Positions 39,640 through 49,523 of a DNA stretch of 64,000 bases are shown here, piece by piece. Below the pieces are notes generated by a model. That model was not told the origin of the DNA. It was given only the letters and a program-made list of their open reading frames with translations, and made no database searches. The first letter of the stretch is position 1; each line of letters opens with the position of its first letter. The stretch is taken from the NCBI GenBank assembly GCA_036170915.1, contig JAVHQC010000025.1, positions 64,001 to 128,000 on the forward strand. Reading direction: 5' to 3'. This DNA comes from Cyanobacteria bacterium auto_48_18 (lineage in GTDB: Bacteria > Cyanobacteriota > Vampirovibrionia > Obscuribacterales > Obscuribacteraceae). A program made the translations under genes and the position numbers.

Positions 39640-41841
39640 TTGGATACAGAACGCAAAGTTTGTCCCACCTGCAAAAGAGAATTTTTCATGGACGTCGACA
39701 GCTGTCCTGACGACGGCAGCAGCCTGGCGCCAAAATCTAAAGACCCACTGGTAGGCACAGTTTTCGCTGAAAAATATGAAATTCTTTCGGTGATTGGCAC
39801 CGGCGGCATGAGCGTTATTTACAAAGCGCGCCACAAATATATGGAACGCCTATGCGCAGTTAAACTGCTGCAGCAATTTCTTGTGGCTGATGACTCAATG
39901 TTTCAACGCTTTCAATATGAAGCAAAAGCGGCCAGCACTTTATCGCATGTCAATGTCGTGGCCATGCACGACTTTGGTATTACCGGCGATGGCAGAGCTT
40001 ATCTAGTTATGGATTATCTGGATGGCGAAGATCTATCAACAGTTTTAGAGCGCGATGTTTTTCTCACTGAAGCCCAGGCCAAACCAATTTTCCTGCAAGT
40101 TTTATCGGGCCTGGCTCACGCTCACTCTAAAGGAGTGATTCATCGCGATCTGAAACCGAGCAATATTTTCTTGATTCCGCAATCAGGCAGCTTGACTGTG
40201 AAATTGGTAGATTTTGGTATCGCTAAAATCAACAATCCCGATAATGTCAGTCAATCGCTGACACGAACCGGCGAAGTCTTTGGCTCGCCACTCTACATGA
40301 GCCCTGAGCAATGCGCCGGCAAAAGTCTGGATGCCCGCTCCGATATTTATTCTCTGGGCTGTCTGATGTACGAAACTCTCTGTGGCCGGCGACCACTGGT
40401 AGGCGAATCAGCTTTAGAAACAATGCATATGCATTTAAAAGAAATGCCGCTCACTCTATCGCAAGCTGCTCCTAAAGCTAATATTTCTCCTGTCTTAGAA
40501 GCTGCGGTGATGAAGTGTTTGTGCAAATTAGCACAAGATCGTTTTCAAAGCGTGGCAGAACTTTACCAAGAAATTTATGGTCAGCCTTTGGCCAATATGA
40601 GTAATGATTTTATTACCGCCGGAATTCCTGTTCACTCGGGCGTGGGCGTAACTATTCATACTGGCAGTTCGCGCAAATCAGATGATTCAGGCTCTACCGG
40701 CACTAGCGGAAGTTCGCTCACAACTGCTGGCGCAGCTAGCAGTGCCGTGGCTAACGGTGCCGCGGCTACACCAGCTGAAAAACATAGCGCGCAAGATAAA
40801 GGTCACAAAAGAACGACGCCGCTGGTGGTGGCATTACTTCTCAGCGGTTTAGTTGCTAGCGCAGGCCTTTACTGGGTTATCGCTGTATGGCCAGGCCCAG
40901 AGAGTGACCGAGGCACACTTTTAAACCGTTGGATTTACGCCGGTTGGATTTCGCGGGCTGAACAGCTCGTCGCTCAGGCGCACTATAGCGAAGCCGAGCA
41001 AGCTTATAATCAAGCAGACAAAATTGCCGAAAGTTTTGGCGATAACTCTGGTCGGGTGATGACTGTGCTAGAAGCAAAACTTAGACTATTTGAGCTTTCC
41101 AATCAACCGAAAAAGAGCGAGGCGATCTTAAGGGCAATGGGTATCATTAACCGCGATCGCGCTCTCGCCGACTGCGATGCGTCACTCAAAGAAATAGACA
41201 AAATTAAAAAGTTGTATGAAAAGGCACGCGAGCTTGGCAAAGATGGTGCAATCAACAGCGAACGCGAGCTAGCATTACAAATGGGCACCAAGATTGCAGC
41301 CATAATCGGCGTTTCACAGAGATTGCGGGCAGCTAATGCATATGATGATCAAGAAAATTTGCTGCAAAAAACCACCGATTTATACAGTCAACTGGTTAGT
41401 AATGACGATCCGCAGTTAGCCGATTTAAAAACTGCGTTGGCTTATAGTCGTTGGGATCAAGATGAAATCGAGCCTGTACGCCCACTTCTGGCTCAGGCGT
41501 TGGCTATTACCATTAACGCTAACAAGCGCGACGCAAGACAATCTAGTCAGATTGATGTCGGCGAAGCCTGGCTTAGATTAGGACAATTCGATCGTGATCG
41601 CAGTGTGTTCCCTTATGCCCAGAAAGAACTAACTACAGCTTTGTCAATTTTGCGCGGCTATTCTAAACTTGATAAAAACAATCCAGAGTCAGTCAGAGCC
41701 TACAAACTATTAATTGAATGCCTTAATGCTAACGCCGACTACAAAACACAAGTGCATCAAGAAGCCGAAGCTCGTAATTTTCGCGCTGAAGCAGCCGAGT
41801 TGAAAAAGGTAAAACTGGATTACCATCCGGAGCCGCAATAG
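39640..41841 (+). CDS. Ser/Thr kinase with zinc ribbon, TM helix and TPR-like C-terminus
   Basis: CPTC...CPDD; IGTGGMS, AVK, HRDLKPSN, DFG, GSPLYMSPEQ. Confidence 0.93.
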   Translation: MDTERKVCPTCKREFFMDVDSCPDDGSSLAPKSKDPLVGTVFAEKYEILSVIGTGGMSVIYKARHKYMERLCAVKLLQQFLVADDSMFQRFQYEAKAASTLSHVNVVAMHDFGITGDGRAYLVMDYLDGEDLSTVLERDVFLTEAQAKPIFLQVLSGLAHAHSKGVIHRDLKPSNIFLIPQSGSLTVKLVDFGIAKINNPDNVSQSLTRTGEVFGSPLYMSPEQCAGKSLDARSDIYSLGCLMYETLCGRRPLVGESALETMHMHLKEMPLTLSQAAPKANISPVLEAAVMKCLCKLAQDRFQSVAELYQEIYGQPLANMSNDFITAGIPVHSGVGVTIHTGSSRKSDDSGSTGTSGSSLTTAGAASSAVANGAAATPAEKHSAQDKGHKRTTPLVVALLLSGLVASAGLYWVIAVWPGPESDRGTLLNRWIYAGWISRAEQLVAQAHYSEAEQAYNQADKIAESFGDNSGRVMTVLEAKLRLFELSNQPKKSEAILRAMGIINRDRALADCDASLKEIDKIKKLYEKARELGKDGAINSERELALQMGTKIAAIIGVSQRLRAANAYDDQENLLQKTTDLYSQLVSNDDPQLADLKTALAYSRWDQDEIEPVRPLLAQALAITINANKRDARQSSQIDVGEAWLRLGQFDRDRSVFPYAQKELTTALSILRGYSKLDKNNPESVRAYKLLIECLNANADYKTQVHQEAEARNFRAEAAELKKVKLDYHPEPQ

Positions 41842-41912
41842 CTTCCCTGGGGTGGGCGGTATCTTAGGTGGACGATTTTCGGGATAGAAGTGGATCCTGA
41901 ATCGTACTGGCC

Positions 41913-41951
41913 AAAACGCAGAGAAATTTGCGGTAAATTTCTCTGCGTTTT
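41913..41951. promoter_or_regulatory. Perfect 17-bp inverted repeat, best copy of the CAGAGA...TCTCTG family
   Basis: AAAACGCAGAGAAATTT-gcggt-AAATTTCTCTGCGTTTT. Confidence 0.7.
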
Positions 41952-42066
41952 TGAAGCCAAATTTCAGGAACTCGTTAAGTCACCGGCCGCAAAAGCACTT
42001 TTGAACTTTAAGCGTGCCTTTTACGTATTGATCAATAAGACACCATGCAAATTGTTGGAGGTTCCA

Positions 42067-42618
42067 ATGAGCAGCATTCGATTGATCAGAAGACATATCA
42101 GTTCACTAGCTCCCGGCGAAATAGTGACTACTCGTCAGTTTATGAATTACGGAACCAGGTCGGCAGTTGATCAAGCACTATTGAAGCTCGTGAAAATGAA
42201 AGAAATTGATAGGCTTTCGAGCGGTGTTTTTGTTGATAGTTACAAGCGTAGGCCTGAATACACTGCCGAAGAAATTCTTCAGGCAAAAGCAGACGCCTTT
42301 GATAAGAAAAGATTTGAAACCAGCTACAGGCGAGAGCATCTGGCCAATGAAAAATACGGCGAAATTATTCGAACTCTGTGGCAAATGGGTGAGAAAAATT
42401 GCGACCTTGAATATGTGCAAAAAGTAACGGCAAATTGGGACCGTGAGCAAGTTCACGGTCTTCTGGGGAACGCCAGATGGATGCCCTATTGGCTGCTAAA
42501 GCATTTCAGGGAAGTTTTTGGATACGCAACTTGTCGCAAGGTTGCCTATAAAACAATAGAAGATCACACTCGAACAGAGCGCAAAAATCTCATCGTTATT
42601 TCGCCGCACCAGCCATGA
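42067..42618 (+). CDS. DUF6088 / AbiEi-like winged-helix protein
   Basis: GEIVTTRQF..YGTRSAVDQAL..LVK...I.RL..GVF wHTH; GGAGG RBS at 42057. Confidence 0.75.
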   Translation: MSSIRLIRRHISSLAPGEIVTTRQFMNYGTRSAVDQALLKLVKMKEIDRLSSGVFVDSYKRRPEYTAEEILQAKADAFDKKRFETSYRREHLANEKYGEIIRTLWQMGEKNCDLEYVQKVTANWDREQVHGLLGNARWMPYWLLKHFREVFGYATCRKVAYKTIEDHTRTERKNLIVISPHQP

Positions 42619-43762
42619 CTGTCACTTTTGCTAGACCAGCTTCAAGATCTTGCACTAGATCGTCAATGTCTTCGATGCCTACGGACAGCCGTACCAGCGC
42701 ATCGACCACTCCCCGTGCATCACGCTCGGCTTTAGGAATAGAGCCATGCGTCATTGATACAGGATGGCAGACCAGCGATTCGACACCACCCAGGCTTTCC
42801 GCCAGGGCGAATAGTTTCGTTTGGCCAAGAAACTGGCGCGCACTCTCGAGCCCGCCTTTAAGAACGAATGAAACCATGCCGCCAAAACCATTCATCTGTT
42901 CTTTAGCAAGAGCATGTTGCGGATGGCTAGCCAAACCTGGATACATCACTTTCTCCACAGCTGGATGTTTTTCCAAATACTGAGCAATGGTCATAGCATT
43001 TTTCTGGTGGGCTTCCATACGCACAGCCAGGGTTTTCACTCCACGCATAACCAGCCAGCAATCCCACGGACCAGGCACGGCACCTACTGCGTTTTGATGG
43101 AATTTGAGAGTTTCGTAGAGGTCGTCTCTCGAGGTAATAACAGCACCACCGATGACATCACTATGACCACCGAGATATTTAGTCACTGAATGAACAACAA
43201 TATCTGCACCAAGAGCAAGTGGATTTTGCAAATAAGGGCTGGCAAAAGTATTGTCTACAACAGTAATTAACTTCTTCTCTTTCGCCACTGCGGCAATGGC
43301 TTTGATATCGCAGAGCCTCAAAAGCGGATTAGTAGGTGTTTCTACCCAGATCATTTTCGTATTTGGCAATATCGCTGCTTTAACTTTGCTGGCATCACTG
43401 GCATCGACATAAGTGAAAGTCAAACCGTAACGCTTCCATACTTTTTCAAATAACCTGTAGGTGCCACCATAAACATCATCGCCACAAATAACGTGATCAC
43501 CACTAGAAAGAATGTTCATGATATTGCCTTCAGCGGCTAATCCTGAACCGAAACAAAGTCCGTACTTCCCGCCTTCAAGCGAAGCCAGGCATTCTTCCAG
43601 AGCAAAACGCGTAGGATTCTGAGTGCGAGCATATTCAAAGCCTTTGTGCTGATTCAAACCTTCCTGAACATAGGTAGATGTTTGATAAACAGGTGTGATG
43701 ATGGCCCCGGTTGTAGGATCTGGTTCCTGACCGACGTGAATGGCTTTAGTCGAAAATTTCAT
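42596..43762 (-). CDS. Cystathionine gamma-lyase/synthase (Cys/Met PLP enzyme)
   Basis: YARTQNPTR, ETPTNP, DNTF, HSVTKYLGGHSD, LAESLGGVESL; directly downstream of cbs. Confidence 0.92.
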   Translation of the reverse strand: MKFSTKAIHVGQEPDPTTGAIITPVYQTSTYVQEGLNQHKGFEYARTQNPTRFALEECLASLEGGKYGLCFGSGLAAEGNIMNILSSGDHVICGDDVYGGTYRLFEKVWKRYGLTFTYVDASDASKVKAAILPNTKMIWVETPTNPLLRLCDIKAIAAVAKEKKLITVVDNTFASPYLQNPLALGADIVVHSVTKYLGGHSDVIGGAVITSRDDLYETLKFHQNAVGAVPGPWDCWLVMRGVKTLAVRMEAHQKNAMTIAQYLEKHPAVEKVMYPGLASHPQHALAKEQMNGFGGMVSFVLKGGLESARQFLGQTKLFALAESLGGVESLVCHPVSMTHGSIPKAERDARGVVDALVRLSVGIEDIDDLVQDLEAGLAKVTVMAGAAK

Positions 43763-43781
43763 GATTTTTTCCTCGATTTAA

Positions 43782-45209
43782 TTAAACAGAGATTTTTGCG
43801 GATTTTTCTCTGTCTTTTTTTCCGCTCAATTCTTTAGTGCTCAGGCCGCCCGCCGCGCGCAGGTGAGAAACGATGTCAAATTTCGTCAACACACCACAAG
43901 CTTTGCCTTCGTTAGTTAAAAGCACCATATTGCTGCCAAGCTTAAATTGCTTGTAAACACTATCGATTTCACTGGCGACATCCACCTGCGGGAATGGTCT
44001 TCCCATTACCGACGATACGGTTGTAGTCTCCGGATGCTTGCGTTCATAGACAATCTGCATCGTAATCAAATCGTTGATATGGCCAACGTTCTGACCAGCG
44101 GCTGTTACCACGGGCAATTGGTCGATTTGATATTTCTGCATAATATCGATGGCGGTCTGCACCGTTTCATCAGGCTGAATGGTGATCATGCCTGGAACTT
44201 TACCGGTAGTGGCTTTTCCTTCGAGCAAATCGCTGGCGAAGAAACTGACGCCTTCAGCCTGCAGGAAGCCATATTCGCGCATCCAGTCATCTGAATAAAT
44301 TTTGCTTAGATAGCCTCTGCCACCGTCAGGCAAAATCACGACAATAACGTCGTTTTCATCCATGGTTGCTGCTACTCGAAGAGCGGCTACAGTGGCTGTA
44401 CCACACGATCCACCTACGAGCAGCCCTTCTTCACGAGCCAAACGTCTGGCCATAATGAAGGAGTCTTTGTCAGCAACGCGCTCGAAGTGATCTACAATCT
44501 TCAAATCTGCATTACGCGGAATGAAATCTTCGCCAATACCTTCGACTTTATATGAACCTGGTGTGTCACCTGAATAAATAGAACCCTCAGGGTCAGCGCC
44601 CACTATTTTAATTTTGGGATTCTTCTCTTTAAGATAACGGGCGGTACCAGATATGGTGCCACCAGTGCCGGCACCGGCCACCAGACAGGTAATTTTGCCT
44701 GATGTCTGTTCCCATATTTCAGGACCAGTAGTCTCGTAATGCGAATCTGGATTATTGCTATTGGCAAACTGATTGGGCTGGAAAGAGCCTGGAATTTCCA
44801 TTGTTAGCCGATTGGCTACAGAATAATAACTTTCTGGAGAACTGGCAGAAACGGTGGACGGCACCATGACTACTTCCGCCCCATAAGCCTTGAGCAAATT
44901 TATTTTTTCAGGAGCGACCTTGTCAGGACATATCAAAATACATTTGTAGCCTTTTACTGCTGCAATCTGAGCCAGCCCGGTGCCGGTATTGCCTGACGTG
45001 GGCTCAATGATCGTTCCGCCCGGTTTAAGCAAACCTGCCTTTTCAGCCTCCTCGATCATCTTTAAGGAGGGCCTATCCTTAATTGATCCGCCTGGGTTAA
45101 AGACCTCGAGCTTGGCCAAAATTGTGGGTTTAAGCCCCTTTGTGACCTTATTTAACTTCACAAGAGGAGTTTCACCGATTGTTTCCAGAATGTTCTCGCA
45201 GTACTTCAC
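43782..45209 (-). CDS. cbs: Cystathionine beta-synthase with C-terminal CBS (Bateman) domains
   Basis: NPGGSIKDR, EPTSGNTG, GAGTGGT, YKVEGIG, PDGGRGYLSK; two CBS domains; GGAGG before the GTG at 45209. Confidence 0.9.
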   Translation of the reverse strand: MKYCENILETIGETPLVKLNKVTKGLKPTILAKLEVFNPGGSIKDRPSLKMIEEAEKAGLLKPGGTIIEPTSGNTGTGLAQIAAVKGYKCILICPDKVAPEKINLLKAYGAEVVMVPSTVSASSPESYYSVANRLTMEIPGSFQPNQFANSNNPDSHYETTGPEIWEQTSGKITCLVAGAGTGGTISGTARYLKEKNPKIKIVGADPEGSIYSGDTPGSYKVEGIGEDFIPRNADLKIVDHFERVADKDSFIMARRLAREEGLLVGGSCGTATVAALRVAATMDENDVIVVILPDGGRGYLSKIYSDDWMREYGFLQAEGVSFFASDLLEGKATTGKVPGMITIQPDETVQTAIDIMQKYQIDQLPVVTAAGQNVGHINDLITMQIVYERKHPETTTVSSVMGRPFPQVDVASEIDSVYKQFKLGSNMVLLTNEGKACGVLTKFDIVSHLRAAGGLSTKELSGKKDREKSAKISV

Positions 45210-45264
45210 AAGGAAGTCCTCCATTACAATATGTATGAGAAAGAATAGGTTTAATTATACGGCG

Positions 45265-46824
45265 ATGACAGACAACAAAGACTGCTTCAAACCTGAGGAT
45301 CTCTCCAATTTTGATTGGGAAAAAGAGCTCGGGGCACCTGGCACTTATCCGTTCACCCGCGGAATCTACCCGGATATGTACCGTTCCCGCAAATGGACAA
45401 TGCGTCAATATGCGGGTTTTGGCAACGCCGACGAAACTAACAAGAGATTTAGATATCTCTTAGGTAACGGTCAAACCGGTCTTTCTGTGGCATTTGATCT
45501 GCCGACGCAAATGGGACTTGACTCAGACGATCCCATGGCATTGGGTGAAGTGGGACGCACCGGTGTCGCCATTGACACCCTCAAAGATATGGAACGATTG
45601 TTTGACCAGATTGATCTGGGCAAGGTTTCGACGTCCATGACCATCAATGCCACTAGCGCAATTTTACTGGCCATGTACCGGGCAGTGGGTAGTAAACAGG
45701 GAGTCAAGGCCGAGCATCTTTCCGGCACTATTCAAAACGATATTCTCAAAGAGTACGAAGCGCGCAACACTTACATTTTTCCGCCCAAGGGCTCCATGCG
45801 GCTGATTACAGACATTTTCAGCTTCTGTGCCAGCGATATGCCTAAATGGAATACCATCTCGATCTCGGGCTATCACATACGCGAAGCGGGTGCTACAGCC
45901 GTTCAGGAGCTAGCTTTCACTTTTGCCAATGCCATTGAATACGTGCGAGCCGCACAAACATCTGGCCTGGCCATCGATGATTTTGCGCCTCAGCTGTCTT
46001 TCTTTTTCGTCGCTCAAATGAATTTCTTCGAAGAAATTGCCAAGTTCAGAGCGGCGCGCCGCATCTGGGCGAAAATTATGAAAGAGCAGTTTGGCGCCCA
46101 AAGCGCTAAGTCACAGACTTTGCGTTTCCATGTGCAAACCGCCGGCTCCAGCCTGACTTTGCAGCAACCCGACAATAATATAGTTCGCACCACCCTTGAA
46201 GCTCTGGCTGCTGCCCTTGGAGGTTGCCAGTCGCTCCACACCAACTCTAAAGATGAAGCGATCGCTTTGCCTACAGAGGCTTCAGCCCTGACGGCTCTGC
46301 GCACCCAGCAGATTATTGCTTTTGAGACCGGTGTGGCCAATGTGGTCGATCCCGTGGGTGGCTCATTCTATATAGAAGATTTGACTAACAAAATCGAAGC
46401 GCAAGTCGAAGCCTATTTACAGCGCATCGAAGAAATGGGTGGAGCCATTAAAGCTGTGGAGAGCGGCTTCATTCAAAAAGAAATTCAAGACTCGGCTTAT
46501 GAAGATCACCAGAAGGTTGAGCGCAAGGCCAAGCTGGTTGTGGGGGTCAACTCATTTATCGATGAACATTCAGAAGAAATCAATGTCCAACGCATCGATC
46601 CGGCTCTGGAAGGTCAGCAAGTGGCGGCACTTCAACGCATAAAAGCCGAGAGGGACCAGGAAAAAGTAGCCGCGGCGTTATCTAAATTACACCAGGCCGC
46701 CGCCGGCAGCGATAATCTTGTGCCTCTGATCTGCCAGGCAGTGGAATGTTATGCCACCGTTGGCGAGATCAGCGGCACCCTTAAACAATCTTTCGGCAAA
46801 TTCAGGCCAATGGTAACCATTTAA
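45265..46824 (+). CDS. Methylmalonyl-CoA mutase, large (substrate-binding) subunit; no fused B12 domain
   Basis: PFTRG..MY, WTMRQYAGF (Tyr, MCM-type), GLSVAFDLPT, QNDILKE, ISGYHIREAG. Confidence 0.92.
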   Translation: MTDNKDCFKPEDLSNFDWEKELGAPGTYPFTRGIYPDMYRSRKWTMRQYAGFGNADETNKRFRYLLGNGQTGLSVAFDLPTQMGLDSDDPMALGEVGRTGVAIDTLKDMERLFDQIDLGKVSTSMTINATSAILLAMYRAVGSKQGVKAEHLSGTIQNDILKEYEARNTYIFPPKGSMRLITDIFSFCASDMPKWNTISISGYHIREAGATAVQELAFTFANAIEYVRAAQTSGLAIDDFAPQLSFFFVAQMNFFEEIAKFRAARRIWAKIMKEQFGAQSAKSQTLRFHVQTAGSSLTLQQPDNNIVRTTLEALAAALGGCQSLHTNSKDEAIALPTEASALTALRTQQIIAFETGVANVVDPVGGSFYIEDLTNKIEAQVEAYLQRIEEMGGAIKAVESGFIQKEIQDSAYEDHQKVERKAKLVVGVNSFIDEHSEEINVQRIDPALEGQQVAALQRIKAERDQEKVAAALSKLHQAAAGSDNLVPLICQAVECYATVGEISGTLKQSFGKFRPMVTI

Positions 46825-47073
46825 TGCCCAACCCGAGCGCCTATGCGGGTATCCATCAATTTCTCCGCACAATTGCCGAAATACTACTGGTGTCGATGCT
46901 ACAGCCTGGTGTATGCTGCGATGTAGATGCGCGTTTTGGCAAGCACTTGTCAAATGCTCGCTATCAGCGTTGCTCTCGTCAAGAGATCACGACACTGGTT
47001 GTTCGCTTGCAGCTGGCAAATTGTGGCCTTACAGCGCTGAGTTTCTAAATCAATCAAAGGGTATCTGGGACGC

Positions 47074-48090
47074 ATGGTTCAAAAGGCTGGTCCGAAAAAA
47101 ATACTGGTTACAGGTGGAAGTGGGATGATTGGCCGCGCCATCGTCGCCCGTCTGGTGGCAACCAAACAATGTATCGTCAAATCGCAAGTGCGTGACAGGC
47201 TCGATGCCAGAAAAAAAGTGGGCGACAGCGTTGACCTGACCATGGTGGAAATGCTGCAAGCCGACTTCACCAGAGTTGGTGATCAAGAAATGCGCGCCCT
47301 GACTAATGACTGCGATTTCGTCATTCACGCCGCCGGTTTAGTGCATCAAGAGAGCGCTTCTTATCAGGAATACGAAGTCGTTAACGTACGTGCCACACAA
47401 CAATTGGCTGAAGCTTGTGTCGCTAACGGCGTACATACTCTGGTATTTTTTAGCACATCAGCCATTTACGGCAAAGGTCCCTTTAAGAATATTTCTGAAG
47501 CCGGTCCTTACGCCGCCAAGACACCATATGCGGTGTCTAAAATGACTAGCGAAAACTATTTGCAAACTCTTAATGGCAAAATTCCCCGCATTATTATTCT
47601 CAGGCCCTCGCTGGTTTTCGGCGAAGGAGACCGGGGCAATATGCTCTCTCTGATTAGACAAATAAAAGAAGAAAAGTATATTCATATCGGTGGCGGCGTT
47701 ACACCTAAAAGTTTGATTTACTCGAAAGACTTAGCCAACGCCGTGCATTTGTGTTTACAGAAAGTGCCCCCAGGCTATCATGTCTTCAACGTGGCCAATC
47801 CCAGCCCTGTAGCCATGAAAGACCTGGCTGAAAACATTGCTGCCACACTGAACGTCACCAAGAAATTTAGTTCGATACCTGAAGGTTTACTAAAGATGGG
47901 GCTCAAGGCAGCTCAAGCATTTATGCCCGGCAAAATTGCGGTCACTCCTGAGCAAGTTGAAAAGCTAGCTACTGAAACTACATGTTCAGTTGATAGCCTG
48001 GTTGGCGTCACCGGCTTCGCACCGGCCGCTGACATCAAATCGAGTATTAAGGCAGAAGTGGACTGGGCCACTGCCAATCAACTTCTTTAG
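47074..48090 (+). CDS. NAD-dependent epimerase/dehydratase family protein
   Basis: VTGGSGMIG, IHAAG, YAVSK (YxxxK), LRPSLVFG. Confidence 0.88.
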   Translation: MVQKAGPKKILVTGGSGMIGRAIVARLVATKQCIVKSQVRDRLDARKKVGDSVDLTMVEMLQADFTRVGDQEMRALTNDCDFVIHAAGLVHQESASYQEYEVVNVRATQQLAEACVANGVHTLVFFSTSAIYGKGPFKNISEAGPYAAKTPYAVSKMTSENYLQTLNGKIPRIIILRPSLVFGEGDRGNMLSLIRQIKEEKYIHIGGGVTPKSLIYSKDLANAVHLCLQKVPPGYHVFNVANPSPVAMKDLAENIAATLNVTKKFSSIPEGLLKMGLKAAQAFMPGKIAVTPEQVEKLATETTCSVDSLVGVTGFAPAADIKSSIKAEVDWATANQLL

Positions 48091-48125
48091 CTTCTCTAGC
48101 CACTCTTTGACAATATTAACTGCCA

Positions 48126-49499
48126 TTGCTAGATCAATACTTCAAATTAACTGAGCGCGGCACCACAATTCGCACAGAATTACTGGGCGGCTGCACCACT
48201 TTTTTGACCATGGCCTATATCATTGTGGTCAATCCGGCAATTCTTGCCTTCGCTGGAATACCGCAAGGCCCGTCTACAGTGGCCACGATTTTGACTGCAG
48301 TCTTTGGTTGTTTAGCGATGGGTTTATACGCTAACAGGCCGCTGGCAGTAGCACCCTATATGGGCGAAAATGCCTTTATCGCTTTCGGTTTAGCGGCATT
48401 AGGAATTAGCTGGCAGTTGCGTCTTGGCGCCGTATTCGTTAGCGGCCTGGCATTTCTCGCTATGTCGCTTTTAAAAATTCGCCCATGGCTGGCCAATTCC
48501 ATTTCAAACAGTATGAAGCACAGCTTTGCCGCAGGCATCGGCATGTTTCTGACACTGATTGGCCTTTACGAAACCGGCCTAATAGAAAGTGCTGCACAAG
48601 GCATGCCCTTCAAGGTGCTACTAAGCGCAGATGGTATTACCCTCGGTGCCCCACCCGTTCCGCTCAAATTAGGTAATCTGCACGACATCAAAGTGCTTCT
48701 CACCATATTTGGCACCATCACTACAGCAGCGTTATTGGCGAAAAAAGTAAGAGGCGCAATTTTGATCGGTATCGTTCTCACTGCTGTAGCCGGTTTTGTT
48801 TGTGGTGTTGGCGAACTGCCCAAAGCGATTTTCTCGATACCGTTTCAGGGTGAGTATAGCCTGGCCCCAATTCTGTTCCAGCTTGATATTGCCTCTACTC
48901 TGAAATTAAGTTTCTTGCCCATATTACTTACTCTTTTTCTCATGAGCTTTCTCGATACGTTGAGCACGCTCGTAGGTGTTGGTGCCAACTGCGGCATGGT
49001 GGACGAAAAGGGTAATTTGAGCGACATTGAGAAGCCTATGATCGTCGACGCCAGCTCTTGCATCTTTTCTGCTTTAATCGGCTCGTCTACCAGTGGTGCT
49101 TTTATCGAATCAGCCGCAGGCATTCGTGAAGGAGCACGCACGGGGCTGGCAGCAGTTACCTGCGCCCTTCTGTTTTTTGTCACACTCTTTTTCATTCCTC
49201 TTATGCAACCGCTGCAACATTTAAAATATGCATACGGACCGGCTTTGATTTGTGTTGGTCTGCTCATGTGCAGTTCGCTGAAAAAAATTGATGTAGACGA
49301 TTTGACTGAAGCCTTTCCATCGTTTGCCACTATCGCCATGATGGTTTTTACTTACAGCATTGCCAACGGACTGACAGCCGGTCTGGTGATATACGCAGCA
49401 ATAAAAACTTTAACCGGACGCATAAAAGAAGTGTCTCCCGGCGCGTGGATACTGGCAGCCATGTGCCTGACCTATTTCCTATTCGGTTTGCCTCACTAA
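48126..49499 (+). CDS. NCS2/AzgA-type purine permease
   Basis: TTFLTMAYIIVVNP, APYMGENAF, IESAAGIREGARTGL. Confidence 0.92.
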   Translation: MLDQYFKLTERGTTIRTELLGGCTTFLTMAYIIVVNPAILAFAGIPQGPSTVATILTAVFGCLAMGLYANRPLAVAPYMGENAFIAFGLAALGISWQLRLGAVFVSGLAFLAMSLLKIRPWLANSISNSMKHSFAAGIGMFLTLIGLYETGLIESAAQGMPFKVLLSADGITLGAPPVPLKLGNLHDIKVLLTIFGTITTAALLAKKVRGAILIGIVLTAVAGFVCGVGELPKAIFSIPFQGEYSLAPILFQLDIASTLKLSFLPILLTLFLMSFLDTLSTLVGVGANCGMVDEKGNLSDIEKPMIVDASSCIFSALIGSSTSGAFIESAAGIREGARTGLAAVTCALLFFVTLFFIPLMQPLQHLKYAYGPALICVGLLMCSSLKKIDVDDLTEAFPSFATIAMMVFTYSIANGLTAGLVIYAAIKTLTGRIKEVSPGAWILAAMCLTYFLFGLPH

Positions 49500-49523
49500 A
49501 AATCAGTCAAGCTTCAAGTTTGG

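Noticed and set aside
41890..42066. N-terminal extension of the DUF6088-like ORF
   Set aside because: It crosses the inverted repeat; GGAGG supports the ATG at 42067
44980..45264. Long N-terminal extension of the mutase ORF
   Set aside because: It is the antisense of cbs; the likely start is the ATG at 45265
46824..47048. 74-aa ORF overlapping the mutase stop (TAATG), considered as the B12-binding small subunit
   Set aside because: No DxHxxG motif, too short and no recognisable pattern; coding status unsupported
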